From Squalus acanthias (Eukaryota), in assembly GCA_030390025.1 (NCBI GenBank), contig CM059432.1:62746001-62810000 (forward strand): a stretch of 64,000 nucleotides of DNA. The letters are read 5' to 3'. The translations under genes and the position numbers were made by a program. Positions 1-12,988 of the stretch are shown here, piece after piece. The notes under the pieces are model-generated. The model was not told the DNA's origin. It searched no databases and saw nothing but the letters and a program-made list of their open reading frames with translations. Positions within the stretch are counted from its first letter, which is position 1, and every line of letters starts with the position of its first letter.

Positions 1-42
1 ACATCAACAATGTTGTTGACATCATTAAATAATTGATTTTTT

Positions 43-855
43 GGGCTAGAAATTCGTTTCCTTAGAGCCACATGTTAGCGCCATGAAATGGGGTTAAAAC
101 GCCGGCAGCTGCTCTTTCGCCAGCTGGTGGCGGGTCCCGCAGCAGCCACGGTTTTTGTCCCTCCCTTTGCACTGCCGGTAACTGTTATAGATGTTACTGA
201 AATAGATGTTAAAAGTTTTTTGTGTGTAGGGAGTGCTGCAAGCCTCAGATGGTAAAGGAAGTCCTCGGAGAAGACAGAAAATGCTGCAAATACTCAACAG
301 GTCAGGCAACATCCGTGGAGAGAGAAACAGAGTTCCTGTCTCACATCGAGATGCTGCCTGAGCTGCTGAGTATTTCCAGCATTTTATGCTGGCATTTCAG
401 ATTTACAACATCCGCTCGCAGAGGGAAGATAAAGACACAGAAGAGGAAGAAGCTGAAAAGGAGGAAGCAGACAGAAGGATGCATCCCGGACAGCCCCTTT
501 GTGGCCGGGATATCCGAGATGGAATCATCCACCTGCGGTACCAGTGACCACAACCCCAATTCCTCTTTCAACATTAGTTCTGAAAGCATTGCCCCTTTAA
601 TTCATAGCCCCTTTAATTGCCCACAACGAACTCCACAGCCTCGCTCCCACAGGCTGTAAGAAGCAGCAACTTTGGGTCGGAGGCCTCCATTAACGCCACA
701 AGGGGGGTGTTGCACGGTAAGTTAGCGCTGTGCTCCACATTGCCAACCTCCAGTGCCAATTTTTCAACATTAGCACTGTGACCATTTTCGGCGGCCGTTA
801 ACTTGAGTTGCCGGTGACACCAGCAGTTGTGTTGGCGCGCACAAATTTCCCCCCC
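43..855. mobile_element. Degenerate Harbinger-type MITE
   Basis: Starts GGGCTAGAAATTCG and ends AAATTTCCCCCCC, imperfect TIRs like other GGG..GAAATT elements here; GCGCC-rich subterminal motifs; no clean TSD. Confidence 0.45.
278..415. mobile_element. Penelope-like element end, inverted-repeat remnant
   Basis: Arm AAAATGCTGCAAATACTCAACAGGTCAGGCAACATC (278-313) is complementary to GATGCTGCCTGAGCTGCTGAGTATTTCCAGCATTTT (350-385); same sequence family as the Penelope end at 32015-32480. Confidence 0.65.
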
Positions 856-883
856 ATTGTGTCTAATCTGGCAGGTTTAATCT

Positions 884-3415
884 ACAACAACTACAACTTA
901 CATTTATATAGGACGTTTAACATAGTAAAACGTCCCAAGGCGCTTCATAGGAGTGTTATCAAACAAAATTTGACACTGAGCCACATAAGGAGATATTAGG
1001 ACAGCTGACCAAAAGCTTGGTCAAAGAGGTAGGTTTTAAGGAGCGTCTTAAAGAAGGAAAGAGAGGTAGTGAGGCGAAGAGGTTTAGGGAGGGAATTCCA
1101 GAGCTTAGAGACTAGGCAGCTGAAGACACGGCCGCCAGTGGTGGAGCGATTATAATCAGGGATGCACAAGAGGTCAGAATTGAAGGAGCGCAGATATCTC
1201 GGAGGGTTGTGGGGCTGGAGGAGGTTACAGAGATAGGGAGGGGCGAGGCCATGGAGGGATTTGAAAACAAGAATGAGAATTTTAAAATCGATGCGTTGCT
1301 TAACTGGGAGCCAATGTAGGTCAGCGAGCACAGGGGTCATGGGTGTATGGGACTTGGTGTGAGTTAGGTTACGGGCAGCAGAGTTTTGGATGAACTCAAG
1401 TTTATGGAGGGTGTAAGATGGGAGGCTGGCCAAGAGAGGGTTGGAATAGTCAAGTCTAGAGGTAACAAAGGCATGGATGAGGGTTTCAGCAGCAGATTAG
1501 CTGATGCAGAGGTAGAATCAAACGATGTTACGGAGGTGGAAGTAGGTAGTCTTTGTGATGGAGTGGATATGTGGTCGGAAGATCATCTCGGGGTCAAATA
1601 CGACACCAAGGTTGTGAACCATCTGGTTCAGCTTCAGACAGTTGCCAGGGAGGGCGAGTTGGTAACTAGGGAAGGGAGCTGGTGTTGTCAGTCTACATGT
1701 GGAAACTGACGTTGTGATTTCGGATGATGTCGCCGAGTGGCAGCCTGTAGATCTAGATGAGAAATAGGAGGGGACCAAGGATAGATCCTTGGGGGTCTCC
1801 AGAGGTAACGGTGCAAGAGCAGGTGATTCTCTGGCTACGACTGGATAGATAAGAATGGAACCAGGCAAGGGCAGTCCCATCCAGCTGGATGATGGAGGAG
1901 AGGCGTTGGAGGAGGATATTGTGGTCAACTGTGTCAAAGGCTGCAGACAGGTCGAGAAGGATGAGGAGGGATAGTTTACCATGGTCACAGTCACATAGGA
2001 TGTCATTTGAGACTTTGATAATGGCCGTTTTAGTACTGTGGTGGGGCGGAAACCTGATTGGAGGGATTCAAACATGGAGTTCCGGGAAAGATGGGCACGG
2101 ATTTGGGAGGCGACAGCACGTTCAAAGACTTTGGAGAGGAAAGGGAAGTTGGAGATGGGGTGGTAGTTTGCAAGGACGGAGGGGTCTAAAGTGGCTTTTT
2201 CGAGGAGGGGGTGATGATGGCAGATTTGAAGGGGAGGGGACTGTACCTGAGGAGGGAGAACCATTAACAGTATCAGCTAACATGGGGGCCAGGAAGTGAA
2301 GTTGGGTGGTCAGCAGTTTGTTGGGAATAGGGTCGAAGGAGCTCGGAGAGGGCATGAGGAGAGATAGGAAAGAAACTAGAGAAAAATGCGAGTTCAAGGT
2401 TAGGCCTTAGGGGAAGTTTGGCCCGGCGGGCTAGGGGAAAGGAGGGAGGCGGCAGAGGCAGCTGAATGGATGGTCTCAATCTTAGTGACAAAGAAGTCCA
2501 TGAGCTTTTCGCACTTGTTGTTGGAGGTGAGGGTGGAGGAGGCAGGGGAGAGGGATTTAAGAAGATGGTTAGCAGTGGAGAACAGAAGCTGTGGGTTATC
2601 TTTGCATTCCAGGATGATCCTGGAGTAGTGAGCAGTTTTGGCAGAGGACAGCAGGACCCAATAGTGCTTTATGTGCTCCAACTAGATCTGGTGATGAATG
2701 GCTAAACCAGTTGTCTGCTAGAAACGTTCAAGTTTGCGTCCCTTGGACTTAAGGGAGCAGAGATGAGGGCTGTACCAGAGGGAGCAACCAGGGTGAGAGG
2801 GAGTAATGGTTTTAATTGGGACACGAGTAAAGGTGGGGGTGAGGGTATGATTGAATAGATCAGTAGCTGCAGAAATGTTGTGGTGAATGGAGGGCCAAAG
2901 GCTATACAGTTGGGAATTTGAAAGTACAGTTGTAAATGACTTGGGGAAGAGTTTTTTTTCCAGGGGTGGACACAGAAGGAAATGGGGTTGGGAGGGGGAA
3001 GGGGTTGTGGGTGGAAAGCGATACAAAGAAGTAATCAGAGATGGCCTTACCTGTGATTGACACAATGGGAGTAGTGAGGCCACGTGAGATGGCAATGTCG
3101 AGGGGGTGGCTGTGACTATGGTTGGGGAGTTTATATGGAGGGAGAGGTTAAGGGAGGATAGGAGGGCAGTGAACTCTGAGGAGAGAGAGCATGATGAGTT
3201 GAGATGGAGGTTGAAATCACAAAGGATGATAAGTCGCTCAGTGCAGAGGCTGAGGGGGGAAAGCAGTGAAGATATCTCGGTGAGAAACTTGCCATGGTAC
3301 TTGGGTGGGCGGTAGAGAACGAGGATTTTAAATGAGAGGTGAGAGTGGTGGAACAAGGTGAGATGCTCAAAGGAGGAGCAGGTGCCGGAGGAGTAGGGAG
3401 ACAGACCAAGGTATG
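884..3415 (-). mobile_element. L2-clade LINE, 5'-truncated, frameshifted ORF2 (APE endonuclease + reverse transcriptase)
   Basis: Minus-strand peptides VLYRPPK..CDFNLH (endonuclease), NYHPISNFPFLSKVFERAV..QSGFRP (RT), LHWLPVKQRIDFKIL..KLWNSLP..LKTYLF (L2 C-terminus); (TTG)n-like tail at 884. Confidence 0.9.
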
Positions 3416-5680
3416 ATTTAGTGATAAAACTCGTTGGTATGGGAAAAGCCTGTTCCATACTGACATCAATATTTAATGGAGTTATTAAAAGTGGGACAAG
3501 GGTTAAGTGAGGACATAAACTGCTAGTTGAAATTGCTCCAGATGTGTCAGATTCGTACACTGTATACTTATGAGTTTGGTTCTTCCTGCACAAGTTCTGT
3601 TTATTTTACATTGCTGTTTTTGCACAGCAGGAACAATAATTTCAGGCATTTTTCCACCCTGCAATTTTCTCTCCTCCTCCCTTCCCCACAAGACGCTGGC
3701 ATGTGTTACAGTGCGGCTCCACGGGTGCTGACCTCCAATACTTTGCCCAAATGGCCATTCTTCATGTGTGAGACCATGAATGCTGACAGGCTGTTTGACC
3801 ATGGGGGTCACCGCAGCTGAGGGTGATCCTGTCTTCACATGACAGCCGCACATGCACATTCCAGCAGGGATCAATGGATAGTGATCAGGAATGGGAATCT
3901 TGCCAAATTTTTCATCTTCCTAGATCAGGGTTATTGGGACCGATCGCCTCCCTTCCTGCCAGCCTGGCTGAGATCCCCACACACAGATTGGGCATTGAAA
4001 ATGTGACCTTCCTTCTGTATCTCTGAGTTTTATACATTCGATGTCTGGCATATGTTTAGAGTGACCTTAAAAAGAGGAACCTTTGTTTTCTCGACATCTG
4101 TATTCATTTGCTCAGCTATCTGAACTGACTTCTTAACTAACATCAGTGACTCATCGGAGAGCAGATAGCATTCCTGGCAGGAGCTTTAGAGAATTAGCAC
4201 AGTTAGGTTAGATAAGAACTTGCAGAATAAGTTAGTGTCTAGGCAATGCGGCTGATGCAGTTTAGTTTTACCACACTGGGAGGCAGCTTAGACTTCAGAA
4301 ACGATTTAGTCTGGAAAATTGTGGGAATCTAATCAGAAAAATAAACAAGTGCAGATAGCTGCTGCAGCTACTTCTTCTCCCTGACATGCGTCAGTGAGGT
4401 GATGTAATCCTGCCATTAACACACTTCAACTTCGAAAACTGTGTCTGCCATTGATTTCCAAGGAAAACAAAGTTTATAGATTTTAAATACTGTGCTTCCT
4501 GCTGAAGTTTATTTGAAATCTTTCCAGAAAAATCTATCACCCCAAAATTAGTTGCATGCGATCTTTTTTTTTTGTAAGGATGCCAGGTGAAATGAACACA
4601 ACACAGGGTCTTCTAACCCGCAGCGTTGGTGGTAGCACAACAACATCACTGAGGTTTTACAGTCGGGCGACAGACTCTATCTAGAAGGGCAACTGTGCAG
4701 AAGCTGTCAGGACGCAGCGCTCCCCAGGGCTTCAGAAACATTCGCTGCTGCATGATTCTCCAACTGAATAAATAAGACTGAGCCTCTCCCACAGATTACT
4801 GTTACAGTCCTGCTCCAATAAGTGGTCTAAAGGATACGTGCCTCCCGAAGAAGAGTGATTTGTTTTCACTGTGGCATGCTCCATATAGTAAGCCAATTCA
4901 GTGCCGGGTTTTGAAAATACCTTTGAACATCTGAAAAGAAAGGCAAGGGAAGACCATAGATGCTCACCCTATCTGTTTGATGGTGCTAGCTCATGTACCA
5001 CCCTCCCCAACTCCTGGAGGAGGCAAAATACAGAAAATAATCTGTGGGCCAATTTCAGGCAAAACTGGCAAATTCCTTCCTGGCTCCTGAAAACAATTAA
5101 GGAATCTCCAAGAGACTGCGGCTAATAATGACGCATCACTAGACAAATTTAAATTTAACTAACCATTGGCCCCCGCCCCCGCCCTCCCAGATATATCCCG
5201 TTGTCTTTAGGACCATAGGGCTACACAGGACCAAAATACAACCATTCCATGCATTGGGCCAGTCCCAAATTCGGAGACTTCTATCCCACTTTATGTTTCA
5301 TACCCTTCAATCCATCACCCTCTTGAAATTTATAACAGCCTCTTCTTGCATTGCCTCCACATATTTGTCAATGTTTGCATGAGGAAGTTGTATTTTAACT
5401 GTGCATTTAACTTTTCTTATCTAAGCTTGAATCCATGTTCAGTTGTTCTAGAGCTTGTATTAATATTAAGCTTCGCTCTGGGATCCAGTTTATCTATTTG
5501 CTTTAGGGTTTTAAATATCTTAATAAGATCTCCTCTAAGCTGTGTGAACATCCAATGTGAACATCCCAGGTACCTGTAGTCGTTCCGCATAGCACAGGTA
5601 CCATTTAACCCGTTTCTCCCAGATTTCCGCCGAAAATTATGGTGGGAGATTGGGAGAATCCCCCTTGGAAATTCCAGGTA

Positions 5681-6205
5681 GAATCATAGAATGGTTACAG
5701 CACAGAAGGAGGCCATTTGGCCCGTCGAGCCCGTGATGGCTCCCTGCAAGAGCACTTCAGCTAGTCCCACTCCCCCGCCCTTTCCCCGCAGCCCTGCAAA
5801 GTTTTTTCCTACAGGTACTTATCCAATTCTCTTTTGAAAGCCACGATTGAATCTTCCTCCACCACCATTTCAGGCAGTGCATTCCAGATCCTAACCACTT
5901 GCTGCATAAAGAATTTTTCCTCATGTCGCCCTTGGTTCTTCTGCCAATCACCTTAAATTTGTAACTCTTCCGCCAATAGGAACAGTTTCTCTTTATATAT
6001 TCTGTCTAGATCCCTCATGATTTTGAATACCTCTATCAAATCTCCTCTCAATCTTTCTCTGCTCTAAGGAGAACATCCCCAGCTTCTCCAGTCTATCCGC
6101 GTAACTTAAGTCCCTCAACCCTGGAACCATTGTTGTAAATCTTTTCTGCACCCTCTCTAAGGCCTTCACATCCTTTCTAAAGTGCGGTGCCCAGAATTGG
6201 ACACA
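5681..6205 (-). mobile_element. CR1 LINE 3' part
   Basis: CVQFWAPHFRKDVKALERVQKRFT..LSYADRLEKLG; CR1 3' UTR with ATTCTATG-type tail. Confidence 0.9.
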
Positions 6206-6207
6206 TT

Positions 6208-6712
6208 GGGCCAAAAATTCGGCACTTGCCGGGTGAGTACGCACTGTGTACTCACCCGTAAGTCCTCCTGAAGTGCCGGTTTCCTGCATGCACTGCGCAT
6301 GCACGGGAAACCGGAACTTCCGGTCTCGTGAAGGGAGCGGTTCAGAGGTGAACCGCGTGCGCGGGAGAGGCTGCGCGCACGCAGCAAACTTAGTTTTTTT
6401 TTCAGGTTTCTCCGGGAGGGTAAGTATGGAAGAAGCTGCGCTTTTAAAAAGGAGGCGCAGGACCCGTTTTCAACAAGGTAAGTGGTTAATTAATTATAAT
6501 TTAAAATTTTTTTCAACAGGTTTATCTTTTTTAGATACTTTAAAGAAAGGTAAGTTTATTTTTAGCACTGTTAAAAAGTATTTTAATTTTTTCAAAAATT
6601 TAAATTTTTGTTTAAAGTAGTTAATTTATTTAACTTATAGTTATTTTAAAAATGTGATGGTTTTTTTAAAAATTTATTTGAAGTTTAGCTGTTCTTTTAG
6701 AGCTGATTTCAA
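6208..6712 (+). mobile_element. Half copy of the ~760-bp Harbinger-type MITE family, inserted in CR1
   Basis: Begins GGGCCAAAAATTCGG; near-identical in reverse complement to 51645-52149; second half absent. Confidence 0.85.
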
Positions 6713-7220
6713 TTCACTTTTCTGCGTTAAATTTCTTATGCCACGTGTCCGCCCATTCCACCAGCCTGTCTATGTCCTCTTGAAGTCTATCACTATCCTC
6801 CTCACTGTCCACTATACTTCCAAGTTTTGTGTCATCTGCAAATTTTAAAATTGTGCCCTGTACACCCAAGTCCAAGTCATTAATATATATCAAGAAAAGC
6901 AGTGGTCCTAGTACCGACCCCTGGGGAACACCACTGTGTACCTTCCTCCAGTCTGAAAAACAATTGTTCACTCTCTGTTTCCTGTCACTTAGCCAATTTT
7001 GTATCCATGCTGCCACTGTCCTTTTTATTCCATGGGCTTCAACTTTGCTGGCAAACCTATTATGTGGCACTTTGTCAAACGCCTTTTGGAAGTTCAGGTA
7101 CACCACAGCAACCACATTGCCCTCATCAACCCTCTCTGTTACCTCATCAAAAAACTCGATCAAGTTAGTTAAACACGATTTTCCTTTAACAAGTCCGTAC
7201 TGGCTTTCCTTAATTAATCC
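6713..7220 (-). mobile_element. CR1 LINE reverse transcriptase fragment
   Basis: [42 protein letters not shown]. Confidence 0.92.
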
Positions 7221-7294
7221 TCAGGTGAGTGTAATCCCTGTAACTTACAAACTTGCTATCCTTCACGATATATTCAGTTGCTATCCTTCAGTAA

Positions 7295-7632
7295 ATCACC
7301 AAAGCTTCCTCAACAGCACCTCTCAAACTGGCGACCTCTTCCACCTAGAAGAACAAGGGCATCAGGTGTATGGGAACACCATCACCTCCAAATTCCCTTC
7401 CAAGTCACACACCATCCTGACTTGAACATATATTAATCCTTCACCGTTCATTCATCATTGCTGGGTCAAAATCCTGGAACTCTCTACTTAACAGCACTGT
7501 GGGTGTACCATCACCACATGGACTGCAGCAGTTCATGAAGGTGGCTCACCACCACCTTCTATAGGGCAATTAGGGATGGGAAACAAATGCTGCCTTGATA
7601 GTGATGCCCATAACCTGAGAATGAATGAAAAC
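7295..7632 (+). mobile_element. LINE 3' end (CR1/L2 superfamily)
   Basis: GSKSWNSL-type terminal peptide and 3' UTR; related copy at 9820-10115. Confidence 0.6.
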
Positions 7633-8350
7633 ATATATCTAAACAACAAATCCCTTCTCCTGAGCTGTCTTTCAACACAACTAAATCCCTGAAAATGGTT
7701 GCTCATTTCTTATGCAGTGAAACAGTGCCATGGAGTCAAACCAGCACAGATCCTCTGCTTGTTGTAGACTGTAGACTGATCTAGGGGCAGGTAACTCAAT
7801 CGAAATCTGCAATTGGACCACTTGGTCACAGAGTTGTCCCCCAACTGATCCTTGACCCTTCTCCCAGATCTCAGATATATCTGTCAATCAAAACTTCCAC
7901 CCCCTCAGTCTGGCTTGATCTTTTAAACTGACCTGTTTCAAGATCCTGTGAAGATAGATCAGAACAAAAGACTTTAACACACTGTACGACTCATAAACAT
8001 CCAAACAATGCTTCAAGAAAGATACACGAGATACTAACCCTTAGATTGAATTGCTGCTATAATAATCCAATTGTCAACAGATTGATAACGTTAACTCTAA
8101 ATTCAGTCAATATTTGCATATTATTCTCCCCTTTGTTTAACAGAAGCCAAGACTCAGCTACATAATAATTGACCTCCATCAGTCATAACAAAATGTGCAT
8201 TTTCTCTACATTGCAGAAACAGCTTACAGAAACAATAATGAACCTTGTGTGTACTGTGGCCAAGGATAGAAAAAAAATTGATAAACTAACAGACAAAAAT
8301 GCTTAATTTCTGTCACAATGGCAATGATCAAAGGCTTTCCTAAAGTCCAA

Positions 8351-9239
8351 GGGGGAAAAATTCAGTTGGTTGCGCCTCCCGTTAGCGCCTTAAGAGGGCG
8401 CTAATGGGGCGCAAAGCAACTAGCGCCCGGGCGCGGCGATGTTTGCGCCGCTCGCGAAATTAACTAGATATTTTGCGGTGGTGCTAAACACTACCGCCAC
8501 GATCTCCTGCGCCGGCAGATCGTGACATCAGTCGAGTGCGCAACGCCCCGGTAACGCCCCGGAGCGGATATTGAGTGGCGCCCCCTGCCTTACCACCTGA
8601 CGCTAGCAACGACAGGTTGAGGGGAGCGTTTTTTAGTCAGGAAGGGACTCGGGGAGCACTATTTAAAGGCGACCGCTTCCTGCCTTTTTTTGTTGGTGAC
8701 ATTTTTGAACCATGCATTCTGAGAGAGAGAGAGACTTCTGGAGAGATTCAACGCTGTGTGAAGGAGTTTTGGGTACTGAGCAGCACTTTGCAGGTTCATT
8801 TTGATTTGCCCTTCCTTGTATCGATTTAGAAGAGATTGTGGGGGCTGCACTCTGAGATCTTTCCCTGGTACTCTCCATTGTTCTTTCCAGCAGATTTGAT
8901 GTGCAGGTCTCTCCAGGCTGAGATTCAAGGCTGCAATGAGCAGGATGTGGATGGAAAGCAAGATCAACCCTCCCCTTTAAGAACTGGCCAGCGCCATTGT
9001 GTCTGTGTTCCATTGCTGACTGACATCACATGAGATTCGCCAGCGCTCTGAGGTAGCGCCTCGCTCCTCAGCCTTTGCGCCTTAAGACAGATGTGTAGCG
9101 CCTGATTTAGTGCTCCAATCACCTCCAGGGGCGATAAAAGTCAAGTTTGCAGTCGGAGGCGATAAATAGCGGCAGGCGCTAATCTTTGCGCCCGGCCGAT
9201 AATTGCGCCCCAAATGGGGCGATACTGAATTTCTCCCCC
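8351..9239 (-). mobile_element. Non-autonomous Harbinger element, 889 bp
   Basis: TIRs GGGGGAAAAATTCAGT / ACTGAATTTCTCCCCC, 3-bp TSD CAA; inverted near-copy of 12096-12988. Confidence 0.9.
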
Positions 9240-9366
9240 CAAGTGAATTAAGTTGACTAAATTCACCATGTCAGCTAGCTCAGTAATATCCTCAAAGAAC
9301 TATAGTATATCCATTGAGCAAGGTGTAGCACATGCAAAGCCATGCTAACTACTGTTTATCATAGCA

Positions 9367-9643
9367 GGGCCAAAATTCCTTGGCCAGTCTGGTGTAGTCC
9401 CACTGTAACTCCGGTGGCAGTGTGGCAGAAGGGCTGCAAACTATGTCAGGGCCTAGATAAGCTGGATCACAACCTAAAGTTAGAGTTTCCAATTGCTTAG
9501 TGGCAGAGGTGCTTGTTACCTGTGTGCTAATGAAGTGACACCTTACTGACCTCACACACTCTGGCTGGGTCAGCGAGGGAGGTCATTGGCAGGTATGATC
9601 CTGGTGCAATTGCCAGGATCGCAACCCAAGGAATTTCAGGGCC
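9367..9643. mobile_element. Small Harbinger-type MITE
   Basis: GGGCCAAAATTCCTTGG ... CCAAGGAATTTCAGGGCC terminal inverted repeats. Confidence 0.55.
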
Positions 9644-9819
9644 ACTATGTTTCTTCTGATGCCTCCCTAATTTCTCTTTTTATTATTTTGCCCCATAGTC
9701 ACCTTTTTCCAGATTGATACTACCCTTTGCAGCTTCTAATTGCAGCAACAACATCAACAGAAACATTAGGACTCAATATTTGCCCCTTCCATCATTGGCA
9801 TACTGTGGCTACAGTACAT

Positions 9820-10115
9820 ACAATATCTAATATGCACTGGTTACTTTGCCAGCAACTCCCTCTTCTACAACTTCTACCACCAAGAAGGGTAAGAGCAGCA
9901 AAGTTGTGGGAACACCATCACCAGCAAGTTCCCCATCAAAATATATCGATATTCCTTCATAGTCACTGGGTCAACATTCTGGAATTCCCCAACTATGTGG
10001 GAACAGTATCAGCACAAGGGCATTAGCAGTTCAAGGAGAAGGCCACCCATAACTAGGGATGGGCAATAAATGTGGCCTTGCCAGCGTCAGCATATCCTGA
10101 GAACAAATTAAAAAT
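9820..10115 (+). mobile_element. LINE 3' end, same family as 7295-7632
   Basis: Shared blocks GGGAACACCATCACC and GCAGTTCA.GAAGG..CACC..TAGGGATGGG. Confidence 0.55.
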
Positions 10116-10274
10116 AAGTAATAGAGAACATGGCTTTACAGGTGGTAAATCTTGCTCAACAAATCTACTATAGGTCTTTGAGGCGATAATTGAATTAGTT
10201 GACAAGGGGAGCTCTTAGATTTAATCTGTCTGGGCATTAGTAAATCCTTTGACGCAAAACCAAATAGGTGTTAA

Positions 10275-10740
10275 AAAGAAAGACTTGCATTTATATAGCG
10301 CTTTTCACAACCACCGGATGTCTCAAAGCGCTTTACAGCCAATGAAGTACTTTTGAAGTGTAAATACTCTTTGTAATGTAGGAAACGCAGCAGCCAATTT
10401 GCACACAGCAAGCTCCTACAAACAGCAATGTGTTAATGACCAGATAATCTGTTTAGTGATGTTGATTGAGGGATAAATATTGGCTAGGACACCAGGGATA
10501 ACTCCCCATCTCTTCTTCAAAATAGTGCCATAGGATCTTTTACGTCCACCTGAGTGGGCAGATGGGGCTTCGGTTTAACATCTCATCCGAAAGACGGCAC
10601 ATCTGACAGTGCAGCACTCCCTCAGTACTGCACTGGAGTATCAGCCTAGATTTTTGTGCTCAAGTCTCTGGAGTGGGCTTTGGACCCACAACTATCTGAC
10701 TCAGAGGCGAGGGTGCTACCAACTGAGCCACAGCTGACAC
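10275..10740 (-). mobile_element. tRNA-derived Deu-domain-type SINE (SacSINE1-like)
   Basis: Minus-strand head GTGGCTCAGTTGGTAGCAC (A box) with degenerate B box, conserved body, L2-like tail; copies at 14503, 22950/24551 and 42219. Confidence 0.7.
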
Positions 10741-11465
10741 ACAGTAGACAAAGTAGAAAGGCACAGAAAGGGCTAATCTTTTGAAGAGGATAACTCATTG
10801 TTGCGTCAGGTGCTGCAAAGATTAAGATCACAGTTCTACAGTATCCCGGGTTATCCTTCTGCCCTTTTTATAAGTTGGCATTACATTCGCTTCTCTCAAG
10901 TTCCTTGCCACAGTTCTCGTGTAGATTGATTCCCTTAAAATATCCAACAAATTCTAACTAATTTAATTTGCCACCTCCTTTCAGACTCTATCATGTCTTG
11001 GTCTCTTTTAAGGGTTAATTCCGCAATCTCACACTTCCTGCAGGGAAGCTGTGCTAAAAGGGAGTGTGGGCCAGTCAGTGGGCAGGCAACAATGGTGCAG
11101 TCCTGATTCTCCAACCTGTGATCCTGTAAAGCTCGGCTCCCCTTTGGGAGCATGGGCTTGTGGAATCATATCTTTCGTGATCTTAGTCTGTCACCTCTTC
11201 GTAGGTAACTTCTATATTTAGCAGTTTTTCTTCCTCTTGCCTTTTACTGGTAAAGTTACTGGTAAACACGAACATAAAGATGTTATTAAGGACATCTACC
11301 ATTTTTTAGTCATTTGTTATCATTTCTCCAGGGCCCCTCAAAGGTCACACTGTTTGCTTTGTCACCTGTTCTGCCTCAATATATTTATAGAGACCTTTCG
11401 TATTTTTTAAAATATTTGCTCCAACCCTTTTCTTATTTGTCTTGAATTTGTGCCGGGGGTTCTCT

Positions 11466-11585
11466 TGATTGTCTGCCATAACTTTGGCGGAACATCAGCG
11501 GAAAGGAAACCTTGGAGAAACTGCTGTTTATGTTGCTTCTCTGGGGTTTCCGCTGATCTTCTGCCAAAGTTACGGCAGACAACCG
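11466..11585. repeat. Palindromic mini-element (hairpin MITE)
   Basis: GATTGTCTGCCATAACTTTGGCGGAACATCAGCGGAAA pairs with TTTCCGCTGATCTTCTGCCAAAGTTACGGCAGACAACC. Confidence 0.6.
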
Positions 11586-12095
11586 GTGTTCTCTATCACT
11601 AAATCACAAGTTATCAATTGCTAATCTGCGAAGTATTTCGGAGGGACAGTGATGAGCAGAGGCAAGGTATGTTCAGTATGGAAGAAAAATCTTGCTGGAT
11701 GAGTCCTCGCCAGGCTATCAGTGAACTCCCCTTGGCAGCTGATACTGACTAGCATTGAGGAAAGTCATGGAGCAGGCCACTCATCTTCCCTCTCAGTTAT
11801 AAAGGCACTTATCCAATCAGTAATAATGGAGAGGGAATAAAAGAAAGATAAATTGCCCACAAAAATTTAAGCATCGATTTATTTGATATAATGCAAGTAT
11901 TCAAGCTCAAAATCTCTTTTCTTTGTTTTACATAAAAAGAAATAACTGTTATTGTATTTCCAATTCTCCAACTTTCTGAAGTGCAATGTTTATCTGGGGA
12001 TTATAGATGTGTTGTCTTTTAAACTGTTGCTATGACTCCTGAGTTGTTGGGACCATGGAAAGATCGTACTGTGGATTCCATTCATTATATTTATA

Positions 12096-12988
12096 GGGGG
12101 AGAAATTCAGTATCGCCCCATTTGGGGCGCAATTATTGGCCGGGCGCAAAGATTAGCGCCTGGCGCTAATTATCGCCACCGACTGCAAACTTGACTTTTA
12201 TTGCCCCTGGAGGTGATTGGAGCGCTAAATCAGGCGTTTCACACCTGTCTTAAGGCGCAAAGGCTGAGGAGCGAGGCGCTACCTCAGAGCGCTGGCGAAG
12301 CTCATGTAATGTCAGTCAGCAATGGAACACACACACAATGGCACGGGCCAGTTCTTAAAGGGGATGGTTAATCTTGCTTTCCATCCACATCCTGCTCATT
12401 GCAGCCTTGAATCTCGGCCTGGAGAGACCTGCACATCAAATCTGCTGGAAAGAACAATGGAGAGTACCAGGGAAAGAGCTCAGAGTGCAGCCCCCACAGT
12501 CTCTTCTAAATCGATACAAGGAATGGCAAATCAAAATGAACCTGCAAAGTGCTGCTCAGTACCCAAAACTCCTTCACACAACATTGAATCTCTCCAGAAG
12601 TCTCTCTCTCTCTCTCTCAGAATGCGTAGTTCAAAAATGGCACCAACAATAAAAGGCAGGAAGCGGTCACCTTTAAATGGCGCTCCCCCTTTCCCTTCAT
12701 GACTGCAGAACGCTCCCCTCAACCTGTCGTTGCTAGCGTCAGGCGGTAAGGCAGGGGGCGCCACTCAATATCCGCTCCGGGGCGATACCGGGGCATTGCG
12801 CACTCGACTGATGTCACGATCTGCTGGCGCAGGAGATCGTGGCGGTAGTGTTTAGCGCCGCCGCAAAATGTCTAGTTAATTTCACGAGCGGCGCAAACTT
12901 CGCCGCACCTGGGCGCTAGCTGCTTTGCGCCCCATTAGCGCCCTCTTAAGGCGCTAACGGGAGGCGCAACCAACTGAATTTTTCCCCC
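12096..12988 (+). mobile_element. Non-autonomous Harbinger element, 893 bp
   Basis: TIRs GGGGGAGAAATTCAGT / ACTGAATTTTTCCCCC, TSD ATA; keeps the Myb gene start (MESTRERAQ at ~12458), homologous to 47907. Confidence 0.9.
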
